Source: Alloascoidea hylecoeti
Taxonomy: Eukaryota
Direction: 5' to 3'
NCBI GenBank assembly: GCA_001600815.1
Contig: BCKZ01000021.1
Coordinates: forward strand, 310,001 to 374,000
DNA: 64,000 bases
Shown here piece after piece: positions 22,501 to 34,656 of the stretch (positions are counted from its first letter, which is position 1; the number at the start of each line of letters is the position of its first letter). The position numbers and the translations under genes were made by a program. The notes under the pieces are model-generated. The model saw only the letters and a program-made list of their open reading frames with translations. It was not told the DNA's origin and ran no database searches.

Positions 22501-24411
22501 ATTAGACGTTTACATAAAGTTTTAAGACCATTCTTATTAAGAAGATTAAAAATTGATGTTGAAAAAGATTTACCTGATAAAGTTGAAAAAGTTTTAAAAT
22601 GTAAATTATCTGGTTTACAATCAAAATTATATGATCAAATGTTAAAACATAATGCCTTATTTGTTGGTGCTGATGCAAAAGGTAGTGCAAATGGTATTAG
22701 AGGTTTAAATAATAAAATTATGCAATTACGAAAAATTTGTAATCATCCTTTTGTTTATGATGAAGTTGAAGAAATTATGGCACCTACTAATGAAGATAAT
22801 AATGAAAATACTTATGATAGTGATATGTTATGGAGAGTTTCTGGAAAATTTGAATTATTAGATCGAATATTACCAAAATTTAAAGCATCTGGTCATCGAG
22901 TTTTAATGTTTTTCCAAATGACTCAAGTTATGAATATAATGGGTGATTATTTAAATTATAAAGGTTTAAAATTTTTAAGATTAGATGGTACAACAAAAGC
23001 TGATGAAAGAACTGAATTATTAAAACTTTTTAATGCACCAAATTCAGAATATTTTGCATTTTTATTAAGTACAAGAGCAGGTGGTTTAGGATTAAATTTA
23101 CAAACTGCTGATACTGTTATTATTTATGATACTGATTGGAATCCTCATCAAGATTTACAAGCTCAAGATCGTGCTCATAGAATTGGTCAAAAAAATGAAG
23201 TTCGAATTTTAAGATTAATTACTGAAGATTCTGTTGAGGAATATATTTTAGAACGTGCTCATAAAAAATTAGATATTGATGGTAAAGTTATTCAAGCTGG
23301 TAAATTTGATAATAAATCAACTGCTGAAGAACAAGAAGCATTTTTAAGGAAATTATTAGAATCTGAAGAAGGTAAAACTAATGATAATAAAGGTTCTAAT
23401 TCTCATCAAAAGGATAAAGATAAAGATGAAGAAGATTGTGATTTAGATGATGATGAATTAAATGAAATTTTAGCAAGAAATGATAATGAACAATTACTTT
23501 TTAAACAAATTGATCAAGAAAGGTATAAAATTGATTCAACAAAAATTTATAAAAATCGTTTAATGACTGTTGATGAAGTTCCTGATGAATTTAAAAAAGA
23601 TATCAATTCTTATTTAGAACCAAGAAAATCACAACCTTTAGGTCGTGGTGCTAGACAACGTAAAGTTGTTTTTTATGATGATGGATTAACTGAAGAACAA
23701 TGGTTACATGCCATTGATACTGATAATGAAGATGCTTCAACTGCATTAACTAAAGCTATTCAAAAGAAGAGGAAATCTATAAAGAAACGGAAACGAAATA
23801 GAAGAGCAAGACAAGGATTACCTCTTGTTGATGATGATGATGATGAAGAGGAAGAAGAAGAATTTAAAAGTGAAGATTATGAAGATGATGATGAAGAAGA
23901 AATTTCAAAATCAAATTTAACAACTCGAAGTCATAGTAATAAAAGGAAAAGAAATAGTGAATCTATTACAGCTACACCAGAACCTCCAGCTAAAAAACGA
24001 AATGGTAGAGGTCGACCACGAAAAACAACAATTACAGATATATTAACAATGGAAGAAAGAAGAATATTAACTAAACAATGTGAAAGTATAATTGATGGAT
24101 TAATGAAATTAACAGATGAAGATACTAATGATTTATGTGATTTATTTTTGGAACTTCCATCAAAAAGAGATTATCCAGATTATTATGAAGTTATTACAAA
24201 ACCAATATCTTTTGAACAAATTCGAAAACATATTAATAATTTTGTTTATCTTAAATTGGGTGATTTGATACAAGAACTTAGAACAATGTTTGATAATGCA
24301 AGAACATTTAATGAAGAGGGAAGTTATTGTTGGAAAGCTGCTGATGAAATGGAAAGATTTGTTTTTAATCGTCTTTCTGAAATCAATAATGAAGTTCAAT
24401 CACAAAATTAA
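19573..24411 (+). CDS. STH1: SWI/SNF-RSC chromatin-remodelling ATPase (Sth1/Snf2 family)
   Basis: HSA region, [33 protein letters not shown], helicase C-terminal motifs, an AT-hook (GRGRPRK) and a C-terminal bromodomain. STH1 versus SNF2 orthology is not certain. Confidence 0.85.
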   Translation: [1612 protein letters not shown]

Positions 24412-24737
24412 ACTGTTGATTGGTATAACTGATGTATAATAAATTTAAAGGAAAAAGAATAAATGACAGACGAATGTCCAATTATAAGATATTTATACAA
24501 TTACTGTAGATTTTATTCTTATTATTTGTGACTTTTCAGTGATTAGCAACATTCTTTTGGTCCTTAATCTTTTAGATGATGTGTTTAACATTCTAATTAA
24601 TTTTTTGATTTTTATTTTTATTTATTTTTATCTTATAGCTCATGAATAATGACTGATAAGTCGTTATTAATTCTATTATAACAACATATGTAAATATATA
24701 AATATAACAATTGAATTTTTTTAAAAAAAGTTTGTAA

Positions 24738-25192
24738 TTATGATCGCATCGGTTGAATTTCAGATTTTAAATTGATAGATTGCTTTTTCAACTCCTCAGT
24801 ATCAATCAATGATTTTTCAAATATAAAAGTTGCACGTTGATCTTTTGTATCCAAATCTAAATCATAACCTATTGGTATCTTACATCTCTGGCATTTATAA
24901 ACCCACCATATTTCATGTTTCTTTGTGTTGTCATCGACTATTTCTATGGGATATCTGTCCCGATACGCGTCCATCTTAACTATATGATTTGCCTCTTTTG
25001 CTCGAGGAATAATTATAGTTGTTTCTGTGGATGATAGAGAAGATGTTTTCCGACGAGGGAACTTAGCTAACGATGGAGTGATTGCTACTAAAAAATGCTT
25101 ACACGATCCACAATGATATGTGCTTCAAAAACCTGTTAGGCATTGCAGACAAGGAGGTTTCTATTCATCTCCACTTACCTTATTTCATTCAT
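24738..25192 (-). CDS. STEEP1/CXorf56 (UPF0428)-like zinc-binding protein, 2 exons (25192-25179, 25122-24738)
   Basis: Intron 25123-25178 (GTAAGT..CCTAAC..AAG) gives 132 aa: MNEISTYHCGSCKHFLVAITPSLAKFPRRK...WVYKCQRCKIPIGYDL. Confidence 0.7.
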
Positions 25193-25405
25193 TCTCGACC
25201 TTTGACTTTTGCACTTTTGAAGAAGGCGGTTTGGCTTGTTTTAAAATTTGCCACACAAATTAGCTCAGCGGAAATAAGGGATGTAACCACCTTACTTTTT
25301 TTATTTAATCTGAAGCTCATCTTCATTTTTATTTTCATCAAATTTAAATCTGAGTTTCAAAATCAAAATCAAAATCAAATTCAAATTCAAATTCAAAAAC
25401 AAAAC

Positions 25406-26105
25406 ATGCATGGAAATTATGATGCAAAGAACAGTAGACACAAACATCTTATCGTCCTGGTTCATGGACTCTGGGGAACTCCAAAACATATGGCTTCAAT
25501 AAAAAGAATTCTATCCGAAACAAGCGAAAGTTTAGGTTCACAGGGCCTAGTGTATATTTTAAACTCTGAAATTAATTCAGGTTTCAAAACCTTTGACGGT
25601 GTCGAAGTTTGTGGAGAAAGATTATTCCTAGAAATCTTAACATTAATAAGGACAAAAGCGTTAGAAAATGTATTCTTCGGTGAAATCAGTATAATCGGTT
25701 ATTCATTCGGTGGCTTAGCATCAAGATATTGTATTGGGCTAATGTATGAAGCTGGTTTTTTTAACACAATTAAACCGATTTTATTTAATACTTTTGCAAC
25801 TCCTCATTTAGGTACTTATTTCTATAAAGAAACGGTTTTCGATAGATTTAAAACAAAAGCTGGTAGTACACTAATTGGGCAATCTGGTAGAGATTTATTT
25901 GGTTATAAATCTGATATCATCTATGAAATGTGTCAATTAGATTCAAGATATATAAAAGGCTTAAAACTATTCGAGCATAGAATTGTGCTCGCAAATACTC
26001 AACATGATAGAACAGTTGCATTTTTCAGTGCTTATATTACAGATTCAAATCCATGGGATGATCATTCAAAAGTAAAAGTAAAATATAGAGAACAAAATGG
26101 TGATA

Positions 26106-26136
<31 letters not shown>

Positions 26137-27031
26137 CAATAATATTATTAATATGAAGTTGAAAGCGGGATCTGTTCCTATAATCGATTTAGATTCTTCA
26201 AGATTTCTTTCAGATATGGAAATTAAAAATATTAAGAAAAACAAAAGCAAATTCAATCCTAAAAAGATTGCAATCATTTCTCTTGTAATTGTTTTAATGC
26301 CATTGTGGGTAACTTTTGCTTTAGTCGTTAATATTTATGGTACATCGGCTTCATGGATTCGTAGATCTAATTATAAGTCTATTAAATCACCATACCAAAA
26401 GTGGATGGCAATTGAACATGATATAGAGGATTTAACTTCGGATAATTCAAATGAGAATACTAAAGCATCAGCCCGAAAAAGTTTAGAATATAAAACTACT
26501 TTACATCGTAAAAGTACCGGAGCTTCAAGGACTGCTCGAATGGGTGGTAATCTACTTGAAAATGTGTTACAGTTTGATGATGATTCTGATCAAATAGTAG
26601 ACTCTAGTAGTTCCACAAGAAACACATCATCAGCAGAAAGTAATGATGAGGATGATGAGGATAAACCAAAACTATATACTGGTCATAGGACTATTGATGA
26701 ATCAACAAATTTAAGTGTCTTACCATCAAGGAGGCCAAAAATTCATAAAAGAACAACATTTTTTGGTGAAGCGTCATTGGAAACTTTCAATAATTATAAT
26801 ATTTTAAAAGAATCAAAAATCATTGAATTTAGGCCAAAATATAAAGAGATGGTTTTAAATTTAAATTCATTAGAATGGGAGAAATATGCTGTTTGTTTTC
26901 ATGAAATGAATGCTCACGCTGAAATTGTTGCACGAAGAGGTAAAGGTGCGAAAACTGGTTCTGCTACTCTAAAAGCTTGGAGTAATTATATCTTCAAAGG
27001 GGCAAATGTATTAAATATCGAGCAGGTATGA
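25406..27031 (+). CDS. DUF676 putative serine lipase (Lpl1/Rog1-like)
   Basis: HLIVLVHGLWG, T.DGVEVCGER, nucleophile GYSFGG, ATPHLG, DRTV and HA.IVARR, plus one hydrophobic segment. ATG at 25406. Confidence 0.88.
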
Positions 27032-30000
27032 CTTTGCTCTTGATATCCGTCTATATTACTTTAATTTTTTTTCTTTTTCATTTGATTCCATAAAACTCAT
27101 TTTACATTTTGTTCATTAATTTTAGATAAATACCATATTGTGCTTAATTATAAAGAAAATAAAACTTTCCAGTCAAAACGCGTATCAGTGGTTTTCTAAG
27201 ATCGTTAGTGGTGTAAAGAGTTTATGTATTATTGGTACCAGCTCTTAGAAATATATGTGTGAAATAATATTAACTTACTGAAATTAAGGGAAAAGGGCGG
27301 TACTCATATAAACATTTTCTGCCATCAGCAACATATTCTAACCATGTTGATTCAAATCTTGGACCTGATAGTTACTCACAATTAGTATCATCTGCCCCAA
27401 TGTTAATTGATCACGATCAGCTGGCTCAGTTGCAGACACTAAGTTAGGTAATCTGGAAGGTGAATATTCAAAATCTGCCATCAAAATCAAGGGGCTAAAT
27501 TCACTTGTTTCTTACTTAACACATGGGGCGATGGAAAATCACGGTCGTTATTAGTCTATACTGTTATATTTTCCTTTACTGTTCCGAACAAGTAGTTGGC
27601 AATATGCTTGGATCCCATATGGTGAGGAGTGTCCACTCTCCACGCTTGAGAAGTACGCATTTTCCTAGTATTTAGTACTATTTACTGGTTAAAACAAATA
27701 CCACTCAAAAAAACTAGATGGTGCACATATCGCATATCTCAACGCTAGCTGTAGCAGACCAAAAGCTTGTTTGAAAACGTTCTCATCAAAGAAACATACA
27801 TGTATTTATCACTTATCGATCGGAGAAGTTTTATTGTTTTTCAGTATACATTGGAGGGCATAAATGCTATAAGCATGATTAACCTGAAAGTGGCAGATAA
27901 TATAACTGATTTACAAACATGGTGTTCAAATATATATCTCTATTGTTGTTTTAATCAGTATCATATTATAGACATCCCCAAATTGTAGAATATAATCATT
28001 GGCGTCTGGTTCAGATTGATGTGTGTCAGTTTTGAATTTTGCAAGTGTGTTATTGGGCTTGAGATTTTTTTCTTCCGGTTTCACTTGTTTTTCTTCGAGT
28101 TTAGCAACCTTCCCTTGAAGTATTGGGACCTTTGAAATTAGGTTGCTTCGTTTTATCGAGTTCCCCACTTGTGGTAAACAGTTTGGTAATTGCTGTGTAA
28201 ATTATACCAGGTGAATTCGTATAGTTGTGCACTGGCTCTCTTAGCTCTACAACATATTCTATTTATTGTTGAATATGGGCCAAATGAAGATAAGCTTGCT
28301 CCATCATTGCGAATAATAAGCATAATGATATTGACATCACCACATCTATCGTAGTTTAATTTCAATTATCAAAATTTCAATAGTGAATAATAAATCCTAA
28401 CCATTAAACCTATTTACGTTACTAGATAATTATACAACAAGATGATAAAGGTCTTTGTCAATTTTAAATTCGGAATTAGTATTTTAAATTTGGTACCTTA
28501 AGCTAATTATCTGTATGGTACAGGTTAACGTTTAACGGTTATTGTGTTAAATATATATATAAGATTTACACACGAAACCTCTCATGTGAAACTCTCAGTG
28601 CTTCAGTTCTGTCTAATCTCATTTATATAAGCTTATAATAACTTTTCCTAAAAATCCAAAATATTGATGCTTTAGAGTATTTGCAATTTCTTTCTGTGAC
28701 GTTCTCACACGAGGTAGGTTGTTAACTTGTGCTATAACTATCTTAATTATATAGTTAAAAACTTAAAATAAGCACACAAAAAAGCCGTTAACGTTTCAGT
28801 TCTTCTACTTGATACTCCTCTGCTGACATATTGATGTTTCATAAATTTAGCTGTTTGATTTAAATCTTCATATTTTTGTAATGGTGTGGGTTACTTTTTT
28901 GAATCGATGCATATGTCTGTGTGTCAAATATACGAAGATTGATCGTAAATATTCTTGCAAGGGTCTGAACATAACCTCTAGGATAATTATATAATACTTG
29001 TAAGTGTATCGAGAATTACCGAATCTCGATATATATATGAATTTAATTATATATCAATATGACTGGAAATTTATAATTTTAGAGAGCCTAAAAATACAAA
29101 TGATATATATTATACTACTTAGCTATTTAACTATAAAGACTTCGAATTCAAGTTTATGATAGTATGCTATTGTAACCCATTGTGGGCGCTACAGCTATGA
29201 TCTATGATCCTATGGAGTGAGTAGAATAACAACCGCCCGTACATATAACTAAACCATTTTTAACAAATTTGTTTATTGCTGAACGACACTTTATTTGTCG
29301 CATATGAAACTAATCATCAAGACAAGGCAGAATCTGATGGTTCTCTTTTTAATCTTTGTAAGGATTATACACTCTCATGACGTCGTTCGGCAGAGATGAT
29401 TTTCTGAAACTTGCGAATTTTCGCGGTTGTTATTCCACTTGCACCTGATCTTGCTAATTGCCAAATTATTAATATAATTTTAAGTTAATAAAATCAGCTG
29501 CACATACATGTTCATTAATTATGACTATGAGTAAGTTAATATATTAATATATTAATGGGATCCGGAGACAGATGTAGAGAAGCTTGCGATTATTCTAAAA
29601 TCACAATTTAATCCTATGAATTGACGATTTATAATGATAAACCATACCTTATATGCACCACAAGTATCGATGGCCCGTTTTATTGGTGGGGGTCAAATTC
29701 TCCTTTTATTTCCTGCTCAGTTGTTCAGAAGTTTATAAAATGCAATTGCATTCATAATCAGTGAGCCTTAATTTCCATCACTCATGATCAATTATGGACT
29801 GTTATATAAATGTTAACAGCTGTTGATCTAGAAGCAACGACAAGAGTACCACGCATCACATCGCAATTGCGATTGGATAGTCTTTTGGTGATGTTTATGA
29901 AAAAACTGTGAAATTAAGAAATAGTACTCCTCAATATGTTACTTTTGGATAAGAATAAATATTGTAATGATAACTGTACACAGCCGAATTCAGCTAATTA

Positions 30001-30335
30001 TAAACGGATAAAGCTTAAACTTAAACCTTATGTTAATCCTAATTATAAACCTAATCATATGTTATATATCCCCGAACGTCAAATAATTGCAAATCTCCTT
30101 GCAATTTCCTACAGGGGTCACCTTATTTTTTTTCGTCATTATAAATTATAATTACAAAAAGATCGTGAAATGAGATCTGTCAGATATTACAGATTCAGAT
30201 AGAGGTTTAATATTCCCTTATTGAATTTTCACCCTTGAAGACAAAGACTTTAATATTTGAACAAAGACTTCTATAATTAAATATTCATCAACCTTGAAGT
30301 CCAATTTATAGAAATATTTAGGCCTAGAACTAATG

Positions 30336-30363
30336 TTTAGTTTAGTTTAGTTTAGTTTAGTTA
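30336..30363 (+). repeat. (TTTAG)n microsatellite
   Basis: Five tandem copies. Confidence 0.8.
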
Positions 30364-30540
30364 TAATAATTCTTATATGAAGGCAAGCATATGTTATATT
30401 TAATAAAATTAAGTGCATACTAATTACTCGTCAAGATCCGATTACTTATAAGTTATAATCTAATTAGATTAAAAGATAAAAAGATTACAAAACTTCAAAT
30501 AGTAAGTAATTATTCACTGATCTTAATGCATTTCCATTAC

Positions 30541-30557
30541 TATCCCAAATTGGGAAA
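30541..30557. promoter_or_regulatory. Mcm1-type MADS-box site upstream of the FAR1-like gene
   Basis: TATCCCAAATTGGGAAA fits CC-N6-GG with A/T flanks, about 220 bp upstream of the ATG. Confidence 0.5.
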
Positions 30558-30773
30558 AATTAAGGATATTACATATGCATATAATACGTTTCAATGATAC
30601 CTGCATAAACAGCAACACTTTCGGAATAGCAATTAATTCAGCTATCCAAACCTTTTTTTGGTAATTCGGAGTTACTGTTAAATTTTAATTATTTCTCTTT
30701 ATAACTGTTTTGTTCCTTCATTTTAAATTCTTTTTTTAATTTTATTTTCTTATTTATACAAATAATAAAAGAA

Positions 30774-33700
30774 ATGAAAAGATTATCTAGAAGTCCAACA
30801 ACCTCAGGATCAAAATTTAAAGATGCCTTAAAGAAATTTACAGTTAATAAAGAAGAAAGACGAAAAAGTTATCAAAGTTTAAGTTCAAGAGATTCTACTA
30901 TTAGATTTGCAACAAATGAAGAGAAGTTGAAGATGGCTGATACTCCAAAGGACTTAGCGAAGGGAAGTTTTAAGGCTGATTTAAAAAGAGGGAAATCAAG
31001 AAGAAATTCTACACTCAGTATTAAAGATATAAAAATATCTGTTCCCATCAATTTAATGGATTTTGATGAGTTTAAAGATAATTATAATCAATCCTTTACC
31101 CCTTTGAGCCCATTTAACGGATTCATCGGCGATTCTCTAATCCCAGAACCTCCAGTATATCACAGTCCAGCCGCTAGTCCAAACACTGTTGAAAGCGAGA
31201 TTTCTCTAAACCCCACAATTGAAAGTAGCAGTATTATTGAAGATGAATCTTTCATTGATGCCCCTGTTAATCTTACGATAGCTTTGAATAGAAAAAACCG
31301 TCTCAACAAATCTTTACTTGATTCCAAATGTTGCTTTTGTGATGAAAACCTAAAAGATACTGTTAAATTTTCAGAAAGAATAATAGAATTACAATGTACG
31401 CATGTCTGTCATCAGGATTGCTATGTAGAATTTATGGATTTAGATCAAAATCCTACATCTGAAGCACAGACTCTAATGCAAACGGAAGGAAATAATTATA
31501 GCTTAGATGATATGTTACCAACATGTCCAATTTGTGAAAGTAAAGCACAACCTGTGGATCTTGATTTACTTGGTAGTATCTTTAATGGATATTTTGTCCA
31601 AACAAATTTAAAAGAAAAAGATTCAAAACTTACAAAAATAGAGGAGGAAACTGATGATGTACCAGCTTTTAAGGATGCTAATGATTTGAATTATGATCAT
31701 AATATTCAGCGATTTTCTACATCAACAGAAGTTTCAGATGATGCCATTTCAATAAATTCTATGAGATCTCAAGAGCATGACAACACAGTTGGTTATGATA
31801 CCAGTAATACTACACCACATAATAGCTATCTCCAATCAGTAACTCCTTTGACTACACCAGATAAGCATTATACGTTACAATCGGTCACTCCTCCGACTAC
31901 ACCACAATTATCCTCACAGGGACTATTCAACTCTCTACTTACTAAATCCATGTTACCTATAAATAAAGAAAACTCTTCCCCAACCTCATCTTTAGAATTA
32001 AGATCTAGAAACCATAGACCAATAATAAAACCAAGAGCATTATTTAGTCTTGAGCCACCCAGAGTTTCAACTCTCCTTGAATTTCCAAGCATAACAATTC
32101 CAGAAATTATTTCAAATACTAATAAATCTAAAGATTATGATATATCATGTTTAATTACAGTTCAACCATCAGAGAATTTTTATAATAATGACAATGAAGA
32201 ACAAACCAAAGCTTCGAAACAATTACATAAAATTTCCGAAAAAATATTAAATAATCTTAATATTCAATTATCACAAACAACAACTTTAAACTTTGATTTA
32301 AAGAACTTTGGTGATATTAAATTGGTTGATAAAATGTTAATTAGTCTAGATCTACATCAATGGCATTATGTATCAACTTACTTATTTGATAATCTTCTAA
32401 TATGTGTAGATTCAAGAAACGATGGTGATTATCAAGAATTTCACCTTAGAGGATCTGTTGATATTAAAGATTTAGCATCAGTCACAAAAGTAAAATATGA
32501 AGAAAAGGAAGAAGATATTAATAATAATGAAATACTAAGTTTGAATTTAACAGTTCCAGAAATTCCAATTTTATATCTTAATTTTTTTACCAATCATAAT
32601 GAATTCATTTTAAATAAGTGGGAAAAGGTTTTAAAAGATAAATCATTTAGGGTACCATTTAATCAAATAACAAATAATTTAAAAGAAGAATTCTCGGAAA
32701 TTACTGAATTTAATATTAATTATGAAAATGATAATGTATTAAAAAATGGCTCAAGTACAGATAATAATCCTTTGAGTTCTAATAAGTATCTCGAAAATTC
32801 ATTATTTAATTATTCAACTTTTAATAAAATTCAACCAGCTATTGATTTGGTTATTGCGTTCCCATTATGGGGATCAAACCAAAGACAATTTGCATCATTG
32901 AAATCAACAATCCGGTCAATTCTAAAATATATGAATCCAAATGACAGATTAGGCATTATTTTTCTTGGTGGAAAAGAATCAACAACAACATCAGTATCAT
33001 TTATAAGTACTGTTGAATCAGATTGGTGTGGTTGGGAAACTGTCCTAGATGATTTGAAATCAAATGATAAAGATATTTCAAAAAGATCAAAGAATGAATT
33101 ACTTGGTTGCTTAAAATGTACATTAAATATATTACAGTTCAGATCTGAAAAAAATCCAATTACTTCATTGTTTTTATTTTATGATTGTGAAGAAGATAAC
33201 AGTATTTCGGATTTAAAATTACAATCGCTAAAAGAAGAATTCAATGAACGAAATATATCAATTCAAATTTTTGGGATCGGACCAAATCATCATATCTCAA
33301 GTTTAAGTGATCTGACAGAGAAAAATAACCGTAATTCTTATACATATTTACCAACATGGGATAATTTGGAAATCAGTACAATTGGTGCTTTAAAAATGCA
33401 GCAATCTCATACTCATAATAATTTTAGAATTAAACTACAGCCTAAGAATGATTTAGGTGTCAAAATTCGAAATATTTCTATAAATAATGAAGGTAATTAC
33501 GATTCTGAGAAGAATCAAATTATATTAGGTGATTTACAAGCCGGGATATCAAAGTCTTTTGTTGTTCATATTTCGGTACCAGAAAATGATTTATTTAAAT
33601 TCAAACACGAGTCAAATGAGCACAATGAACAAGATTTAGAATTATTTGATATCGATGCAATCTATTCTGGTTTCACTCCAAAAGAAAAAAGGAGATCAAA

Positions 33701-34505
33701 ACAACTCAATAGAAAATCTAATTCAAAATTAAAGAAGAATATTGATGAAAAAGATGATGAAGAAACATTTCAATTATTCCCAATACCGAGTCCTTCAGTG
33801 AGAATTAACACATCCACTAGTAATCTGGAGAAACCCATGGGTGAATTATTTGACCCTTTAATTGACGAAGTTAATTCACTTTTAACTGGAGCTACTACTC
33901 CTATACCTCATTGTAATTCTGATCTGAACATAATAAACATTAATGAAAGGCTCATATATACGCAAAACAATCATTCAATCACAAGTTCTGTATATTCAGA
34001 ATCTCTGTCAAATACAGATAACAAAATCCAAGATAAAGAAGATAAAATTTCAAATCCTCTAGTAATAGAAAAGATGCTTGAACTATTAGTTTTAAACTCC
34101 TTGAAATTTATTCAAAATAGCATTGAAAAACATGAATTTTCGTTAGCAGCTGAAGAATTAAAAAATATCTTAACATATATCAATGATTCAGAATCTAAAA
34201 ATCCATATTATGATAATGAAGAATCTGAATCCAAGGAAAAGAGAACTTTATTAATTAATGGGTTAAAGGAAATGTTGACTGATCTAGAATCTGATATTAA
34301 TATTGCAAATTTAAAAGGTTCTAAAGAATTAACAAAATTTCAAGGGGATTTATATAGAAGACTAATCGATTCAATAGGAACAATAACTAAAGAGAATTCC
34401 ATCTGTTTACGAAATGGATTAGAAAATGGGTATAGTGGCAATCATGTTGAATTAAAAGAACTTTGGGAAAGTTCTGCAAGGAAAGGAAAATATAATGTTA
34501 TTTAG
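30774..34505 (+). CDS. FAR1: Far1-like RING-H2 / PH / vWA pheromone-pathway scaffold
   Basis: RING-H2 (CCFCDE..IIELQCTHVCHQDC..CPIC), a PH-like middle region (YLFDNLLI, L.KW..L) and vWA-like IDLVIAFP/MNPNDRLGIIF. This is the Far1/Ste5 architecture. Confidence 0.7.
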   Translation: MKRLSRSPTTSGSKFKDALKKFTVNKEERRKSYQSLSSRDSTIRFATNEEKLKMADTPKDLAKGSFKADLKRGKSRRNSTLSIKDIKISVPINLMDFDEFKDNYNQSFTPLSPFNGFIGDSLIPEPPVYHSPAASPNTVESEISLNPTIESSSIIEDESFIDAPVNLTIALNRKNRLNKSLLDSKCCFCDENLKDTVKFSERIIELQCTHVCHQDCYVEFMDLDQNPTSEAQTLMQTEGNNYSLDDMLPTCPICESKAQPVDLDLLGSIFNGYFVQTNLKEKDSKLTKIEEETDDVPAFKDANDLNYDHNIQRFSTSTEVSDDAISINSMRSQEHDNTVGYDTSNTTPHNSYLQSVTPLTTPDKHYTLQSVTPPTTPQLSSQGLFNSLLTKSMLPINKENSSPTSSLELRSRNHRPIIKPRALFSLEPPRVSTLLEFPSITIPEIISNTNKSKDYDISCLITVQPSENFYNNDNEEQTKASKQLHKISEKILNNLNIQLSQTTTLNFDLKNFGDIKLVDKMLISLDLHQWHYVSTYLFDNLLICVDSRNDGDYQEFHLRGSVDIKDLASVTKVKYEEKEEDINNNEILSLNLTVPEIPILYLNFFTNHNEFILNKWEKVLKDKSFRVPFNQITNNLKEEFSEITEFNINYENDNVLKNGSSTDNNPLSSNKYLENSLFNYSTFNKIQPAIDLVIAFPLWGSNQRQFASLKSTIRSILKYMNPNDRLGIIFLGGKESTTTSVSFISTVESDWCGWETVLDDLKSNDKDISKRSKNELLGCLKCTLNILQFRSEKNPITSLFLFYDCEEDNSISDLKLQSLKEEFNERNISIQIFGIGPNHHISSLSDLTEKNNRNSYTYLPTWDNLEISTIGALKMQQSHTHNNFRIKLQPKNDLGVKIRNISINNEGNYDSEKNQIILGDLQAGISKSFVVHISVPENDLFKFKHESNEHNEQDLELFDIDAIYSGFTPKEKRRSKQLNRKSNSKLKKNIDEKDDEETFQLFPIPSPSVRINTSTSNLEKPMGELFDPLIDEVNSLLTGATTPIPHCNSDLNIININERLIYTQNNHSITSSVYSESLSNTDNKIQDKEDKISNPLVIEKMLELLVLNSLKFIQNSIEKHEFSLAAEELKNILTYINDSESKNPYYDNEESESKEKRTLLINGLKEMLTDLESDINIANLKGSKELTKFQGDLYRRLIDSIGTITKENSICLRNGLENGYSGNHVELKELWESSARKGKYNVI

Positions 34506-34656
34506 AGTATAAAAATATAAACGAATATAAAAATATAAAAGTATAAACGAATGTAATATAATTTTAAGGTGTTAATTAATCATGAACCTCTCACACGTAA
34601 CTTTAGTAATTAAGAAGTATTGAAAAAAGTACATGCATATCCATTTACGTATGCGT

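Noticed and set aside
25082..25405. N-terminal extension of the DUF676 ORF in the track
   Set aside because: TTG start, and it overlaps the opposite-strand STEEP1-like gene. Homology begins at ATG 25406.
27767..28365. Three short ORFs as a gene or transposon relic
   Set aside because: Non-ATG starts, no recognisable domain and no frame-joining introns found.
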